Shown: positions 44,198-58,118 of the stretch, one piece after another
How the letters are laid out: every line of letters starts with the position of its first letter
Numbering within the stretch: the stretch's first letter is position 1
Origin: the human T2T-CHM13v2.0 reference genome, Homo sapiens
DNA length: 64,000 nucleotides
Assembly: GCF_009914755.1 (NCBI RefSeq)
Contig: NC_060925.1
Strand: one strand, 5' to 3'
Translations under genes and position numbers: made by a program
The notes under the pieces: generated by a model
Seen by the model: the letters and a program-made list of their open reading frames with translations, nothing else
Databases searched by the model: none
Told to the model about the DNA's origin: nothing

Positions 44198-45575
44198 GAA
44201 TGGGTTTCCAATCCAGTATACTGGAAAAGATGAGGGAAATATAAATGTAATGGCACATCTGTATTTGCTGCCCTCTCCACACTCACACACATGCATACAC
44301 ACTAACGCCATAATTATGACGTTTTATAAAACATTCCAAAATTCATTTACTTGGTCATTCCAATCTTGTTTAAAATAACATACCTCTGGCAGTCTACAGG
44401 AAGAAATTCTTCTTCACCTTGTGGGATCAGGACCCAAAACTACCCCATACTGGAGATGCGATGGAAACCCTGTTATTAAATCAAGGGCCTCAGTGCCAGA
44501 TGGAAGCTTGGAGGCCTTGCGCATGGCTCAGCCCTGCAAGCTGCTGGCTGCTCTTCTGGACACTGTCAAGGGCAGGAGATCCTCTTCCTTGGGCTGCAGA
44601 GCCCTCTATGGTTGTTCAGCCCTTACTGATGGGATGGGCTCCCTCGAGCTAACTCAAAATCTGCCTCCCTGTAACTTCTGTCTCTAAGAAGCAAACATTC
44701 TCTTGACTGATACTGCAGGGCCCCAAGATAACTGCTTTGAACAAACTTCCTGACTTTAAATATTGGTAGAGTAAGCCATGGCCTAAGAGGTGTGATTTGG
44801 AGAGGACCAGGAGGATTGTGTGTCTGAGAGGACCTTCTCTGTCCCTCAATCCCATCTCCCACCACCTATGAAGACTTCAGTTTTAATCACAGCTAGGGGT
44901 GCAGACTTGCACTTAGGGAGGCCCCTTAGAAACAGACATAGCTCATTGTAAATTTCTCTAAGGGAAGAACTGTGTCTTCCATGTGTTTTGTTTTATGACC
45001 AGACATTGAGAGTAAATTGCTGAGAGACTAGAGGAGTGTCAGATGAGGCAGAATCTCACAGGAGGAGGAGGTCCTCCCATGGACACCATGAAAAAAGAAG
45101 GTATCTGGAAATAAGGAACAGCATTTGCAGAAGCCCAGAGGAGGGGAAAGACTCCAGCTTATTCAGACACCACAGTTTTAGGTGAGAGTGTGGAGGGCCT
45201 GCAGGAAGAGGTAAGCCATGGGCTGGAGTGGAAGCAGAGCCAACTCTGCCACTGCCCCGGAGCTATGACCTTGGGCAAGTCACTTTACCACTCTCTGAAA
45301 TGAGAAAGATTGGGGGAGCTATCTCGTTTCTAAAGGCCTTCCTGTTCCATAAATCAACCATTCTAAAAATGCCTCACATTTCTGTAGCTCTTCACAGATC
45401 ATAAAGTACATTACCTCATTTCATTCTGCAGCACTGAAGGCAAAACTTGGCGGAATTCAGAGTTGACCTTACTCTTTTCTGATGACTTTTCAACACAAAT
45501 GCAAAACTCAGGGCATCCCCATGTTTTTGCCTCTGAACCAACCCCTCAAGTAACCTAGCACCCCCTTTGCTCAGT

Positions 45576-45674
45576 ACACACAGACACACACACACAACAC
45601 ACACACACAGACACACACACACATACACACACACACAACACACACAGACACACACACATACATACACACACACA
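45576..45674. repeat. Imperfect (CA)n microsatellite
   Basis: About 100 bp of interrupted CA repeats. Confidence 0.97.
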
Positions 45675-46164
45675 GAGTTTCTTAAGGACAAAATAATTTG
45701 TTTTTAAAAGAGTTCTTATATTTAAATTTCAAAAAGTGTCCTGCTGTCCCTCCCCTACCCCAACCCTAATTAAAATGCTAAAACAGTCAAGGTCACTTCT
45801 AGTGCCTGGAGGGTAGGCAAGTCAAACTCCTAACCGTGGAAGCCCTGAGTGGTTTGGGAATTCAGTAACATTCCTTATTACAGAGTCTAAATCCTGGGTA
45901 TTAAGAAAGGGATTTCTAATAGGGATAGATGAGGAGAATGGGATCAGGGAGCACTTAGCTTCCTCAATCTAGGGTTTAAAATTGTATAATTAATCCGAAT
46001 GGGACTTAATAAGTGAGACTATATCGTCATGGGAGATGCTGGAAAGTTACTATTAGTGTAGATCTGACCAACAGAGAGATCTAGAACAAGTTAACTAACT
46101 TCTCTGGGTCTGTTTTCTTATCTATAAAATTAGGGACTCGATTAAACAACCAATGAAATAGCTT

Positions 46165-47430
46165 TCCATTTATTATTTCTTCATTTATTCAATGCACATT
46201 AACTAATAAACTACCTTGTGTCAGACATTGTGAAAGGCACTGATACAGAACCAAAAAAATGTTAATTAAAATTAACTGTGTGGGGGGGGGGTGCATATGC
46301 ACATGTATGTGTGCATGAGCACACATGAGAGAGAGACCACTCCATGCCCTCAGAGCTCACATTTTGGTTGGCAAGATAGATAGTGCGAAGAAATAAAGGC
46401 AGTAAAAAATCCTTTTGTGCAATGATAATCACCGATACAAAGAAAGCACAAAGGAAAGAATGCTTCCTGGTGAAAGAATCAGGGAATCTTTAGAGACTGA
46501 GTGATGCTTAAGCTGGATCTAAAGGTGAATAAGACAGAGGGAGGCATTCCATCAACAGGAAGGAGAGCAAATGAAGATAGGCTTAGGGAAAAAGAATGAA
46601 TTTGTAATGCTTAGAAGCCAGAGTGATGAGAAAGGGTAGAGGTAGCAAGAGATGCAAGCAGGAGCCCGACCATGAAGAGCCAAGTCAGCCCGGCTAACAT
46701 GATGAAGAATCACTCAATGTTGTAAACAAGGGAGCCACATGATCAGCTCTACATTCAGTAAATGTCACTCTGGTTGCCATAGGGAGTATAGACTGGAGCA
46801 GGGAAAAACAGGGGACAGGACCTCACTGAGGAAATGAAAATCACCCCATTATACTAGGGGAGATAGAGTCTGAACTAAGGCAGCATCCTTAGTTGCCTGG
46901 AGATGAAGAGGAAGAGGAATGTGTAAATTTAGTAGCTTTTCAGGGACTGCTATGTGTGATTCATTTATTCAGCAATCATTTACATGGTTTTTTACTATGT
47001 GCCAGGCACTGTTCTAAGCACTTAGAAATATTAACTCATTTAATCACTACACTACACCTATGAAGCTGGAACTTCTATAATCCCCATATGGTGGATGAGA
47101 TAAATGACACACAGAGAGGTTAAGTGCCATAGCCAGTGAACACGTAGTCTCCACCTCGGGTCTATGCTATTAACCACTAACACTATGCAGCCAAGAGTGA
47201 GTCCCAAATTTCTTGCAGAGTTGCCTGTTGTATGGATGGACATGTCATTTACTTCTTGAAAGGAAAGAGTCAAGTTTCTCTGGGAGCTGTAAATCAAGGC
47301 ACCTGTGACATCATGGTGGAAAAGCCCAGCAGGAATTGGTCAATTGAGTATGGAGCAGAGGAAATAGTTTTGGGCTGGAGATCTAGATTTGGAAGTCATC
47401 AGTGTACAGATAGCAACTGTCACCAAGGGG
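46165..47430 (-). mobile_element. L2 remnant with an embedded MIR (~46965-47190)
   Basis: L2-like atgcttaagctggatctaaaggtgaat and gtcactctggttgcc...tagactggag; MIR tactatgtgccaggcactgttctaagcac...acagagaggttaagt. Confidence 0.7.
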
Positions 47431-49289
47431 GTGCCTAGACTGCCCACCGCTGTCACTGGTGTAGTCCATGTGAAATGGCAGGATGGTATTCTTCATGTTT
47501 CACCCCTGGTCCTGACTGCATGTCAGGAGCTGCTCCTAGGGTATGTGTGTCATTGTGTTAGTTGTGAACTAGCTCTTGTCAAAGAATATGGCTATTTTCA
47601 TTCAGTCACCATGTTTGAAGGATTATAGAAATACTTTGAAATATACAAAAATAATAAGCAATTGAGCTGCTGACAGGAAATAAGACTTTGATAGAGAAAC
47701 TATAGAAAGGAACTAAGGCAGATACAACCTCTATCAAGCTTTGATTTCATGAAGTCCTGCTTAGTAATCCTACTTTTTAATATTTTAGAACCTAAAGGTA
47801 ATAATTGGTACAAAACATTGGAACTGTAATTTGGTCACGCTGGTTCTGTATTTACATTTCTTTCATTAAAAATTTAGTCAAAATGAATAACTGAAGAAAG
47901 AGAGGAGCTTAAAAACTTTTGCAACTATGAGTTAAAGATTGGAAACTGGTCTACTGAATAATGACTACACTCATTTAAAAACTATGGTGTTTTGTTTTAT
48001 TTTTGGAGCTCAAAAACATCTGACAGGATTTCATGGAAAGCAAAGATAAGGCTCACTGGCTGCAGGCAAGCCACCTCATTCACATGCAGCTCAGTTACTC
48101 TTTGGTCAAAACCAATAAACTTGTTAAGTTTTTATTATGTGCTAGGCATTGGGCTGTATGTGTTCTATCCATTGACTCATTAAAATCTCACAACTGCCAG
48201 GCAAGGGCAAAATTATTGCCTTCATTTTAAGAATGAGAAAGCCACATTTCAGGGAGGGGAATTCACCTGCCTAAACTCATTCAGTGAATAAATGACAAAA
48301 CTGAGAACCCCACCAACTGTACCAAGTCCACACTCAGTTTGGGCAGTAATCAAAGTATCTGGAACTCCAGAGCCCAGCCATTTCCTCAATGCCAATATTA
48401 TTTCCCTTGCTCTCTGGAAGGCCTGCCAAGTATTCTTCCACTGCTCAATTTTATCCATCCTTCTTGACAACATCTCAGGTCTCACCTCCCCACCGACTCC
48501 AGCCCAGACTGACATCATTTTTTGCCCTTTCCTGGCTTGGCTGCACCACACACACTGGTATTTGGGGCTATGGACTTCCTATGGTTAAGTGCTGCTTTCT
48601 TCACAACATTGTAAGCCTTTTTCAATCTACTCTTAAAACCCCCTGAAATGTAGGTCTCACTCAAGTTATTTAATAAATTTTGCCAAATTAACTGAAAAGA
48701 GATTGCTGAGAGTCTCTGATGGAGCCCGCCATACACAGCACCCATCTTGTTGTCTTGAGTCCTGAACAAATTGGGAAATAAGAAAAAGAGAAGCAGATGA
48801 AGGTCAAAAAATCAACTTTAATGACTGTACTGATAGATTGGAGGAGGACACCAGCATGAGAACCAAAATGCAAACACCAAAATCAAGAACCCAGCAATTT
48901 AGGCTCAGTTATAGCCAGGGTGGGGGTGAGGGGCCTGGTCAGATAGCACACACAGCATGACTTAGCAGAGTGGAAATTAGCTGCAGGAAAGTGGTCCTGC
49001 TCCTTCCCAAGAGGAAAAAAAAAAAAAACAGATCATCCCCAGTTATTCTTGCCTCATGTTTTCATCAAGTCTTGCCACCTCTCCTGGGACACAGCAATTC
49101 CATATGAAAGGAGACTAAGAATGTTCATAGGGTAAGGTAAAGGGGAAAAGTGGGCCCTTCTAGAACAAAGCGCTGGGTAGTTCACCAATTTTTCATTCTA
49201 TTCTATGTTTATTGAGTGTATATGAATGAAGAATAACAGTATCCTCTACAAAACTTCTGAGAGTACCTGAAAAATATTAAAGGCTCAAT

Positions 49290-49955
49290 CATTATAATCA
49301 TAATTGTAATTGTAACAAAAATATATTGAGCACTTACTATACACTAGGAATTAGACTGTTTTGATTCCTTATAACTACCATATTTGACACTATTAGTACT
49401 CCCATTATACAGATGAGAATAACCAAAATTAAATAACATTTCCAAGCTCTCACATGAACTAAACAGCACAGTCAAAATTCACATTCAATTTTTCTACCTC
49501 TATAAGCTCTTAGTGATGACAGCACATAAGTAGCCATTCCCATTTCTGCCTACAAGATAAATAATTCCAAGTCATATAGCATTTACTTATAATGCTCATG
49601 TATATAGCACATTGACTCTTGTAAAATATGGTTCCCAGAAGCTGATAACCTTTTATTCTTAACTTCTACTAAAGTGATGATCAATGTCAACAGCAAATAT
49701 ACATGCATGTGGAATAGTGGCTATCATTACATCATGGTAAGTGGTATATACTTGGAGTCCAAAAACCCAGGCTTAAAAGGCAGTTCAGACATTTACTGGC
49801 CATGACAGGCTATTTTGAAGAAATTACTTAACATCTCATATCTATTTTTTAATGGGATAATAAAATTTAGCCCATGATACTGTCATGAGGACTAAATTGA
49901 ATGGTCTATTTAAAGTGCATAGCACAAATTCTGGCACATAGTAAATATGTTAGAA
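49290..49955. mobile_element. Two MIR remnants (minus, then plus)
   Basis: ttgagcacttactat...cccattatacagatgagaa; atgggataataaaa...tctggcacatagtaaat. Confidence 0.7.
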
Positions 49956-50869
49956 AGTATTGCTAAGAGGAAGGCAAAGGGCAAGAGAGAATGAAGGAGA
50001 AGAGGAAGGGCCATCCAATCTCTACCTTGGCAGTGTTTTCACTGGCTAAGAATTGAGTGAAGAAAAGGGGGAGGAAGGAGGAAGGAAGTAGAAGCTACAG
50101 CAGGAAGGCATATATGTAAGCTGTTTATGCGAGCACTGACGGCATTGCAATAGCAGGAACCACTGTATCTCCTGTGATTAGAGGAATATGTATTCAGAGC
50201 AGAACTCCAGAATTGCATGTGAGACATGCGATGAGACAAATATTGCCGCAAAGTCATCCTAGACCTGTGCTATTTATCAAAGACTTTACTTGACTCTCCA
50301 TCTGACCTAAATTATGGCACCTTTTTTCCACAATGAAGAAGTTGATGTCACAGAAGAATTCAATTCCCTCCTCCATCACCACTGCCTGATGTCAACAACC
50401 CCCTTCATGTGGATCTGCCAGTGACTGCTGTAAGCAGAATACTCAAAGTCTTCTGTCTTCAGTTTCCTCAACTGTAAAATACAGGTCTTCCCATAGCAGC
50501 TCCTCAAGGAGTGTGGCAGGAATATGACAACTGTCCCATGTAAGCCATGTTCAGCAGATTCAAGGACCTCCCTTATACATGCAGTCCCTCATTCTGCACA
50601 CTTCACACTCATTCTTCTTCTTTCCTGTAATGTAGGAGTAAGCTTCTGTGTAAAGTGACAAGCTCATACTGTTTTACTGTGGTTAATTTGTTCCAATTCT
50701 TTCTACTTTATTATAATTTTTTCTGTTGTAGTTGAGTTTAGGTTAATAATGCACAATATTTTTTCTCAATTTTTAAACACTATAGGTGTTTAAATATATT
50801 TTTTCTAATTTGATGTATGAATTGTATTAATATCTGACTTTGCAGGGTTTTATGGCTCTACTATTTTGG

Positions 50870-53810
50870 GTTTTTTTAATTTAAATTTTTATCTTTAATT
50901 TTTGTGGGTACCTAGTCAGTGTATATCTTTATGGAATACATGAGATGTTTTGATACAGGCATGCAATGTGTAATAATCGTATCACGGAGAATGGGGTATC
51001 GATCTCCTCAAGTATTCATCCTTTGTGTTACAAACAATCCAATTATACTTTTAGTTATTTTCAAATGTACAATTAAGTGATTGACTATAGTCTCCCTGTT
51101 GTGGTATCAAATAGTAGGTCTTATCCAGTCTTTTTAACTATTTATTTTTGTACCCATTAAACATCACCATCTCCCCCCACCTCACTTCCCAATACCCTTT
51201 CCCAGCCTCTGGTAACCATCCTTCTACTCTGTATGTCCATGAGTTTCATTGTTTTGATTTTTAGGCCCCACAAATAAGTGAGAACATGTAATGTTAGTCT
51301 TTCTGTGCTGGGCTTATTTCACTTAACATAATTATCTCCAATTCCATCCATGTGCTTGCAGAATCTCATTCTTTTTTGTGGCTGAAGAGTACTCTGTTTT
51401 GTATACGTACCACATTTTCTTTAGCCATTCATCCATGGATGGGCATTTGGTTGTTTCCATATCTTAGCCATTGTGAACAGTGCTGCAACAAATATGGGAG
51501 TGCAGTTATCTCTTTGATATGATTTGGCTGTGTTCCCACCCAAATCTCATCTTGAATTGCAGTTCCCATAATTCCCAGGTATCATGGGATGGATCTGGAG
51601 GGAGGTAATTGAAACATGGGGATGGGTCTTTCCCATGCTGTTCTCATGATAGTGAGAGCAAGATCTGATAGTTTTATAAAGGAGAGTTCTACTACACAAG
51701 CTCTCCTGCCTGCTGCCATGTAAGATGTGACTTGGCTCCTCATCTGCCTTCAGCCATAATTGTGAGGCCTCCCAGACATGTGGAACTGTAAGTCAATTAA
51801 ACCTCTTTCCTTTATAAATTACACAGTTTTGGGTATGTCTTTATTAGCAACCTTAGGACAGACTAATACAGTAAATTGGTACTGGATAGTGGGGCATTGC
51901 TGTAAAGATACCTGAAAATGTGGAAGCTACTTTGGAGCTGGGTAACAGGCAGAGATTGGAACAGTTTGGAGGGCTCAAAAGACAGGAAGATGTGGGAAAG
52001 TTTGGAACTTCCCAGAGACTCGCTGAATAGCTTTGACCAAAATGCTGATAGTGATATGAACAATGAAGTCCAGGCTGAGGTGGTCTCAGATGGAGATGAG
52101 GAACTTGTTGAGAACTGGAGTAAAGGTCACTCTTGCTATGCAAAGAGATTGGCATCATTGTGCCTCTGCCCTAAAGGTCTATGGAACTTTGAACTTGAGA
52201 GATATGATTTAGGGTACCTGGCTGAAGAAATTTCTAACCTGCAAAATGTTCAAGAGGAAGCAGAGCATAAAAGTTTGGAAATTTGCAGCCTGATGATGCA
52301 ATAGAAATAAAAACCCCATTTTTCTGAGGAGACATTCAAGCTTGCTGCATAAATTTGCATAAGTAATGAGGAGCCAGACAATGGGGAAAATGTCTCCAGG
52401 GCATGTCAGAGACCTTCATGGAAGCCCCTGCCATCACAGGTCAGGAGAACTAGAAGGGAAAAATGGTTTCCTGGGCCGGGTCCAGGCCACCCTGCTGTGT
52501 GCAGCCTAGGGACCTGGTGCCCTGCATCCCAGCCACTCTAGCCATGGCTAAAAGGGGCCAAGCTCAGGCTGTGGTTTCAGAGAGTGCAAGCCCCAAGCCT
52601 TGGCAGCTTCCACATGGTGTTGTGCCTGCAGGTGCGCAGAAGTCAAGAATTAAGGTTTGGAAACCTCCACCTAGATTTCAGAGGATGTATGGAAATGCCT
52701 GGATATTCAGGAAGAGGTGTGCTGCAGAGGAGGAGCCCTCATGGAGAACCTCTGCTAGGGCACTGTGGAAGGGGAATGTGGGGTAGCCCCTGCACAGAGT
52801 CCCCATTGGGGCACTGCCTGGTGGAGCTGTGAGAAGAGGGCCACTGTCCTCCAGATCCCAGAATGGTAGATCCACCGACAGGTTGCACTGTGCCCCTGGA
52901 AAAGCCACAGACACTCAACACCAGCCCATGAAGGAAGCTGGGAGGGGGGCTGTACCCTGCAAAGCCACAAAGGCAGAGCTGCTCAAGACCATGGGAACCC
53001 ACCTCTTACATCAGTGTGACCTGGATGTGAGACATGGAGTCAAAGAAGATAATTTTGGAACTTTAAGATTTGACTGCCCTGTTGGATTTTGGACTTGCAT
53101 GGAGCCTTGAGCCCCTTCCTTTTGGCCAATTTATCTCATTTGGAAGGGGTGCATTTATCAAATGCCCATGCCCCCATTGTATCTAGGAAGTAACTAACTT
53201 GTTTTTTATTTTACAGGCTCATAGGTGGAAGGGACTTGCCTTGTCTCAGATGAGACTTTGGACTGTGGACTTTTGAGTTAATGCTGAAATGAGTTAAGAC
53301 TTTGGGGAACTATTGGGAAGGCATGTTTGGGTTTGAAATGTGAGGACATGAGATTTGGAAGGGGCCAGGGACAGAATGATATGCTTTGACTGTGTCCCTA
53401 CCCAAATCTCTTCTTGAATTGTAGCTCCCACAATTCCTATGTGTCATGGATGGGACCCGGTGGAGGGTAATTAAATCATGGGGCAGGTCTTTCCCATGCT
53501 GTTCTTGTGATAGTGAATAAGTTTCACAAGATCTGATGGTTTTATGAAGGGAAGTTCTCCTACACAAGCTCTCTTGCCTGCCACCATGTAAAACATGACT
53601 TTGCTCCTCATTTGCCTTCCGTCATGATTATGAGGCCTCCCCAGCCATGTGGAATTGTGAGTCAATTAAACCTCTTTCCTTTCTAAGTTACCCAATCTCA
53701 GGTATGTCTTTATTAGCAGCATGAGAACAGACTAATACACTCTTCAATATACTGATTTCCTTTTTGGCGGGGTATATACCCAGCAGTGGGATTGCTGGAT
53801 CATACAGCTC
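50870..53810 (-). mobile_element. L1MA (MA2/MA3-like) 3' end, split by the THE1 provirus
   Basis: T-rich tail then tgagatgttttgatacaggcatgcaatgtgtaataatc...; L1 sequence at 50870-51514 continues at 53740-53810. Confidence 0.88.
51515..53739 (+). mobile_element. Complete THE1B-like MaLR provirus (LTR 51515-51870, internal 51871-53376, LTR 53377-53739)
   Basis: Two ~360-bp TG...CA LTRs, THE1-int starting gtaaattggtac, a purine tract before the 3' LTR, and a 5-bp TSD ctctt at 51510-51514 and 53740-53744. Confidence 0.95.
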
Positions 53811-54709
53811 TGGCTGTATCATTTTCATTGCCTTTTGTTCATTTGGCCCTCTCAGCAATACCATGATAAAGAAGAACAGCCAAAATGATCATTGCCTTTC
53901 AGATGAACAAACACTTTATAGAGATTGGGGATCTTGCCTTAACTGTCTCATTAATTGCAAACCTGGGACAAAAGCTAGCTCCCCTATCACTGAAGCCCAG
54001 GTCTTGTCTCTTACCCCTTATTGCCACAAATGAGAAAGAAGCTGGTAAATATGGCAGTAGCCCCCAGAAAATGTCCATATAAGGAGCCACTCTCTGGTAT
54101 CAAAAAATTATTTAATTAAGAAAAGCACAGAATGAGGACAGCCTGGTGGTTCAAATCTTCAGTTTCCAGTGGACAACAGAGGGGAATTGCCATGGGTCCC
54201 ATATTCTAGGGACAGCCCATCCTCCTGCTAGAGAAAGACTTCCATAGATGTCTCAAAGATGAAATTCTCTACTACTCTGCTAAATAGAATATGAGCTCCC
54301 CAGTCCTAGAGTTTCCAGCTGTATTGCCAGGGTCTGCAAGGGAAAATAAGAAGGAAGCCCTGACACCCCAATCTCAGCACCTGTTTTATCTCCTTAAAGT
54401 CTTCTCTATTCCAGGCTGAGTAGCCTTAGTTCCTTCAACTGCATCAAGTATGCCCACCATGTTGGTTACTCTTCTGTCTGTGCACTGCAAATTTCAAATA
54501 TCCTTAAATATGAGTGCTCAAATGTGACTTCCACAGTGTGGGTGTGTTTGCCCCTTTATCAGTGTAACTCCAGTTCACATTTTTTTGTCTTTTCAGACTT
54601 TTTACTCTGTTGATTTACATTAAACTCACGTTTAATTAAAACCCTTAACCACTAATTCTCAAACTGTGGTGTGCATGAGAAGTGCCTGGTGTTTGTTAGA
54701 AATCTGGAT

Positions 54710-57146
54710 TTCTTACTGGAAAAACAAATCCAGCAGCACACCAAAAAGCTTATCCATCACGATCAAGTTGGCTTCATCCCTGAGATGCAAGGTTGGTTCA
54801 ACATACACAAATCAATAAATATAATTCATCATGTAAACAGAACTAAAAACAAAAACCACGTGATTATCTCAATATACACAGAAAAGACCTTCAATATAAT
54901 TGAACATCCGTTCATGTTAAAAATCGCAGTAAACAGGTAGTGAAGGAACATACCTCAAAATAATAAGAGCTATGTATGACAACCACACGTCCAATATCAT
55001 ACTGAATGGACAAAAGCTGGAAGCATTCCCCTTAAAAACCAGCACAAGACAAGGATGCCCTCTCTCCCACTCCTATTCAGCACAGTTGAATAGGAACAGA
55101 ATAGCAGTTCTGACCAGGTCAATCAGGCAAGAGAAAGAAATAAAGCATATTCAAATAGGAAGAGAGGAAGTTAAATAATCTTTGTTTGCAGATGACATGA
55201 CCCTGTATCTAGAAAACCCCATCGTCTCAGGCCAAAAGCTTCTTAAGCTGATAAGCAACTTCAGGAAATTCTCAGGATACAAAATCAATGTGCAAAAATT
55301 GCTAGCATTTCTGTACACTAACAACAGAGAGCCAAATCATGAATGAACTCCCATCCACAATTGTTACAAAGAGAATAAAATACGTAGGAATACAGCTAAC
55401 AAGGGAAGTGAAGGACCTCTTCAAGGAGAACTACAAACCACTGTTCCAAGAAATCAGAGTGGACACATACAAATGGAAAAACATTCTATGCTCATGGATA
55501 GGAAGAATCAATATCATGAAAATGGCCATACCACCCAAAGTAATTTATAGGTTCAATGCTATTCCCATTAAACTACCATTGACATTCTTCACAGAATTAG
55601 AAGAACCTATTTTAAAATTCATATGGAATCAAAAAAGAGCTCACATAGCCAAGATAATCCTAAGCAAAAAGAACAAAGCTGGAAGCATCACACTACCTGA
55701 CTTCAAACTATACTACAAGACTACAGTAACTAAAACAGTATGGTACTGTCACAAAAACAGACACATACACCAATTGAACAGAATAGAGAACTCAGAAATA
55801 AGACCACACACCTGCAACCATCTGATCTTCAACAAACCTGATGAAAACAAGCAATGGGGAAATGATTCCCTATTTAATAAATAGTGCTGGGAGAAATGGT
55901 TATTCATATGCAGAAAATTGAAACAGGACCCCTTTCTTACACGATATACAAAAATTAACTCAAGATGAATTACAGACTTAAATGTAAAACCCAAAACTAT
56001 AAAAGCCCTAGAAGAAAATCTAGGCAATACCATTCAGGACACAGGCAAGGGCAAAGATTTCATGACAAAAACGCTGAAAGCAATAGCAACAAAAGCAAAA
56101 ATTAACAAATGGGATCTAATTAAACTAAAGAGCATCTGTGCACCAAAAGAAACTACCAACAGAGTGAACAGACAACCTACAGAGTGGGAGAAAACGTTTG
56201 TAATCTACCCACCTCACAAAGGTCTAATACCCAGAGTCTACAAGGAACTTAAACAAATTTACAAGAAAAAGAAACAAATCCCACTAAAAAGTGGGCAAAG
56301 GACATGAACAGACACTTCTCAAAAGAAGGCCTTCATGCAGCTAACAAACATGAAAAAAAAAAAAAAAGCTCAACATCACTGACCATTAGAGAAATGCAAT
56401 TCAAAACCACAATGAAATACCATCTCATGCCAGTCAGAATGGCAATTACTGAAAAGTCAAGAAACAGTCAAGATGCTGGCAAGGTTGCAGAGAACTGGGA
56501 ACACTTTTACACTGTTGGTGGGAGTGTAAATTAGTTCAATCACTGTGGAAAACAGTGTGGCAATTCTTCAAAAACTTAGAGGCAGAAATACAATTTGACC
56601 CAGCAATCCCATTACTGGGTATATACCCAAAGGAATATATATCATTCTATTATAAAGATACATGCATGCATATGTTCATTGCAGCACTATTCACAATAGC
56701 AAAGACATGGAATCAACCCAAATGCCCATCAGTGATAAACTGGATAAAGAAAATGTAGTATATATACACCATGGAATACTATTCAGCCATAAAAAGGAAT
56801 GAGATTATGTCCTTTGCAGGGACATGGATGGAGCTGGAAGCTGTTATCTTCAGCAAACTAAGGCAGGAATAGAAAAACAAACACCCCACATTCTCACTTA
56901 TAAGTGGCAGCTGAATCATGAGAATATATAGACACAAGGGGGAGCAACACATACTGGGGCCTGTTGGAGGGGTGCAAGGGGATGGAGAGCATCAGAAGGA
57001 ATAGCTAATGGATGCTGGGCTTAATACCTAGGTGACAGGTTGATCTGTGCAGCAAACTACCATGGCGCATGTTTACCTATGTAACAAACCTGCACATCCT
57101 GCACATGTATCATGGAACTTAAAATAAAAGTTGAAGAAAAAAAAAA
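54710..57146 (+). mobile_element. 5'-truncated L1PA (about PA13-15): decayed ORF2 RT/C-terminal part and 3'UTR
   Basis: ORF2 fragments at 54671-56758 with stops and frameshifts; 3'UTR gttgatctgtgcagcaaa...ttaaaataaaagttgaag followed by poly(A). Confidence 0.92.
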
Positions 57147-57332
57147 CCTAAGAATTGAACTACCATTTGACCCAACAATCCCATTACTAGGTATATATCA
57201 AAAAAAATAAATAAATGAATTGTTCTACCAAAGGACACATGCATGCATACGTTCACTGAAGCACTATTTACAATAGCACAAACATAGAATCAACCCAGGT
57301 GACCATCAATGGTGAACTAGACAAAGAAAAAA
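57147..57332 (+). mobile_element. Second L1 ORF2-end fragment downstream of the poly(A), inside the same TSD
   Basis: gaactaccatttgaccca...ttctaccaaaggacacatgc...caacccaggtg, then an A-run and TSD aaatctggat (54700-54709 / 57333-57342). Confidence 0.85.
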
Positions 57333-57937
57333 AAATCTGGATCCTAATTCAGTAGATCTATGGTGAGACTCAAGGATCTGCATTTCATAACATTCTCTCC
57401 CCCTTGCAAGTAATTTTACTGTTGGTGATGTTTGTAGTGCACTTTGTGAACACTGATTTGAATCTTTCTCCCAGATGCTTTAGATAAAGTACATAGCCTA
57501 GTGGTGTTCTTTGTGTACTCGGATTTGAGGGTTCAAATTCATAACATTGTATTGATCCCTCTTAAATGCACCAGTAAAAATTAGTAGTATGTGGTGAAAA
57601 AACAAAATGGACTTTGGAGATAGGAAGACTTGTGTTCAAAACCTGGCCTTAGGCAAATAAGTTAGCTCCCTGAATTTTTATTTCATCACCTGTAAAATAG
57701 ACCACATTCCTGCCTGGGTTGTAGTTACCATTAAGACCATGTATATTCTGAGGCAACACATTGTCTGTCTTATAGAAGATGCTCAATATATATTAAGTCC
57801 CCCTGGCTCATACCTCCATTATCCCAGCATAAGGACATTTTGGGGGAACTTGATACTATCACCCAATTAATTAATTCTTCTTTCCAGCCTCATGTCATTT
57901 GAAAATTTTGTTGGCATTTTACCTCTGTCTTCTCAGC

Positions 57938-58118
57938 CAGTGGTTCTCAACCATATCAGTATATGGGATTCCTCTGAGGAACATCTTAAAAGCACAGGTA
58001 CTGAGGGCTTTTGCCAGATCCTTGAAATAAAAGTCTTCAGAGATCAAGAGTGGAGAAGCATAGGCTTAAAAAGCTCCCCAGATGATTCTGATATGCACTC
58101 TGATTAAAGACTCACCAG
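57938..58118. mobile_element. MER5-type MITE
   Basis: cagtggttctcaacc...aaaagctccccagatgattctgatatgca. Confidence 0.8.

Larger units (their letters stand above)
54651..57455. mobile_element. MER5-type MITE split by an L1 insertion (pieces 54651-54709 and 57333-57455)
   Basis: ttctcaaactgtggtgtgcatgagaa on the left; taattcagtagatcta...ggatctgcattt...aacactg on the right. Confidence 0.7.

Noticed and set aside
51918-53110. ORFs in the THE1 internal region
   Set aside because: Short broken pieces of the MaLR internal ORF with no continuous frame.
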